Virus record (IMG/VR): IMGVR_UViG_3300020455_000616
Source: a virus
DNA: 64,000 nt
Strand: one strand, 5' to 3'
A program made the position numbers and the translations under genes. The notes beneath the pieces were generated by a model, which had not been told where the DNA came from, searched no databases, and was given only the letters and a program-made list of their open reading frames with translations. This document shows positions 63,634 to 64,000 of this stretch, one piece after another; the first letter of the stretch is position 1, and every line of letters starts with the position of its first letter.

Positions 63634-64000
63634 TTACATGAGGTTCTTAATTTGAACACGTCTGTAGTAGCGGTTCTGGTTAACCTTAAGTCTTCCAAGA
63701 CCTTGATCTGTACCTTCAGCGAATGGGTTTGCAACAAGACCATATCTTGTCTTAAATCCAATTTTTGGTTGGAAGGTGTTCTCTCCCACAGCACGAACCA
63801 TCTGTAGAGGCACGTAAGGGCAATAGAACAGTCCAGCATCATAAGGAGAAGATCCTTTGTATCCAACAACGTAGTACTGGTTAGCAGCAACGTTTGCTGA
63901 ATATGGGTCGATGTAAACTCTATACTTACCGAGTAGAACACCAGCAAATGTATTGCCTGTGTCATCAACGTTAAGGTTAGCGTTAAGAGCAGGTGTATAG
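63634..64000 (-). CDS. g23: major capsid protein (T4 gp23), C-terminal part
   Basis: Hand translation from 63999: YTPALNANLNVDDTGNTFAGVLLGKYRVYIDPY..GYKGSSPYDAGLFYCPYVPLQMVRAVGENTFQPKIGFKTRYG..KNLM*. Confidence 0.97.
   Translation of the reverse strand, partial: YTPALNANLNVDDTGNTFAGVLLGKYRVYIDPYSANVAANQYYVVGYKGSSPYDAGLFYCPYVPLQMVRAVGENTFQPKIGFKTRYGLVANPFAEGTDQGLGRLKVNQNRYYRRVQIKNLM

Noticed and set aside
63576-63968. 130 aa minus-strand ORF in the track
   Set aside because: Alternative-frame shadow; the real reading frame here is the C-terminus of g23 (63634-64000)

Overview
This is a 64 kb segment of a T4-like cyanomyovirus. The low GC, pcyA, psbN-like gene and mazG point to a marine Prochlorococcus/Synechococcus host. 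Every credible gene is on the minus strand. Read in transcription direction (right to left), it contains: the 3' end of g23 (major capsid); def, a nitrilase-family hydrolase and pcyA; an SGNH-hydrolase pair; g3, uvsY, uvsW, g55, g47, g46; an NAD epimerase; the VWA-peptidase/CobS-like AAA pair; g45, an N4/N6 methylase, g44, a candidate nuclease beside a Dam-like methylase, g62, regA, hsp20, g43; a psbN-like gene, uvsX and g41. Next comes an 8.8 kb accessory island: sulfotransferase, DegT aminotransferase, six tandem GT25-like glycosyltransferases, an amidinotransferase and UDP-glucose dehydrogenase. After it lie mazG, DUF2997/DUF1257, a late-promoter-driven block of putative internal head proteins, g61 primase, nrdA/nrdB, phosphomannomutase, a GIY-YIG nuclease, a SleB cell-wall hydrolase, a ~200 nt structured RNA (manA-like) and a cluster of 2OG-Fe(II) oxygenases with a radical SAM enzyme. 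The strongest candidate for an undescribed system is the amino/amidino/sulfo-sugar glycosylation island. Other leads are the capsid-targeted internal protein/polyprotein block, two candidate ncRNAs, a palindromic early-promoter element, an antisense promoter upstream of g55 and several translationally coupled microproteins. All family assignments come from motif recognition by eye; no database searches were run.
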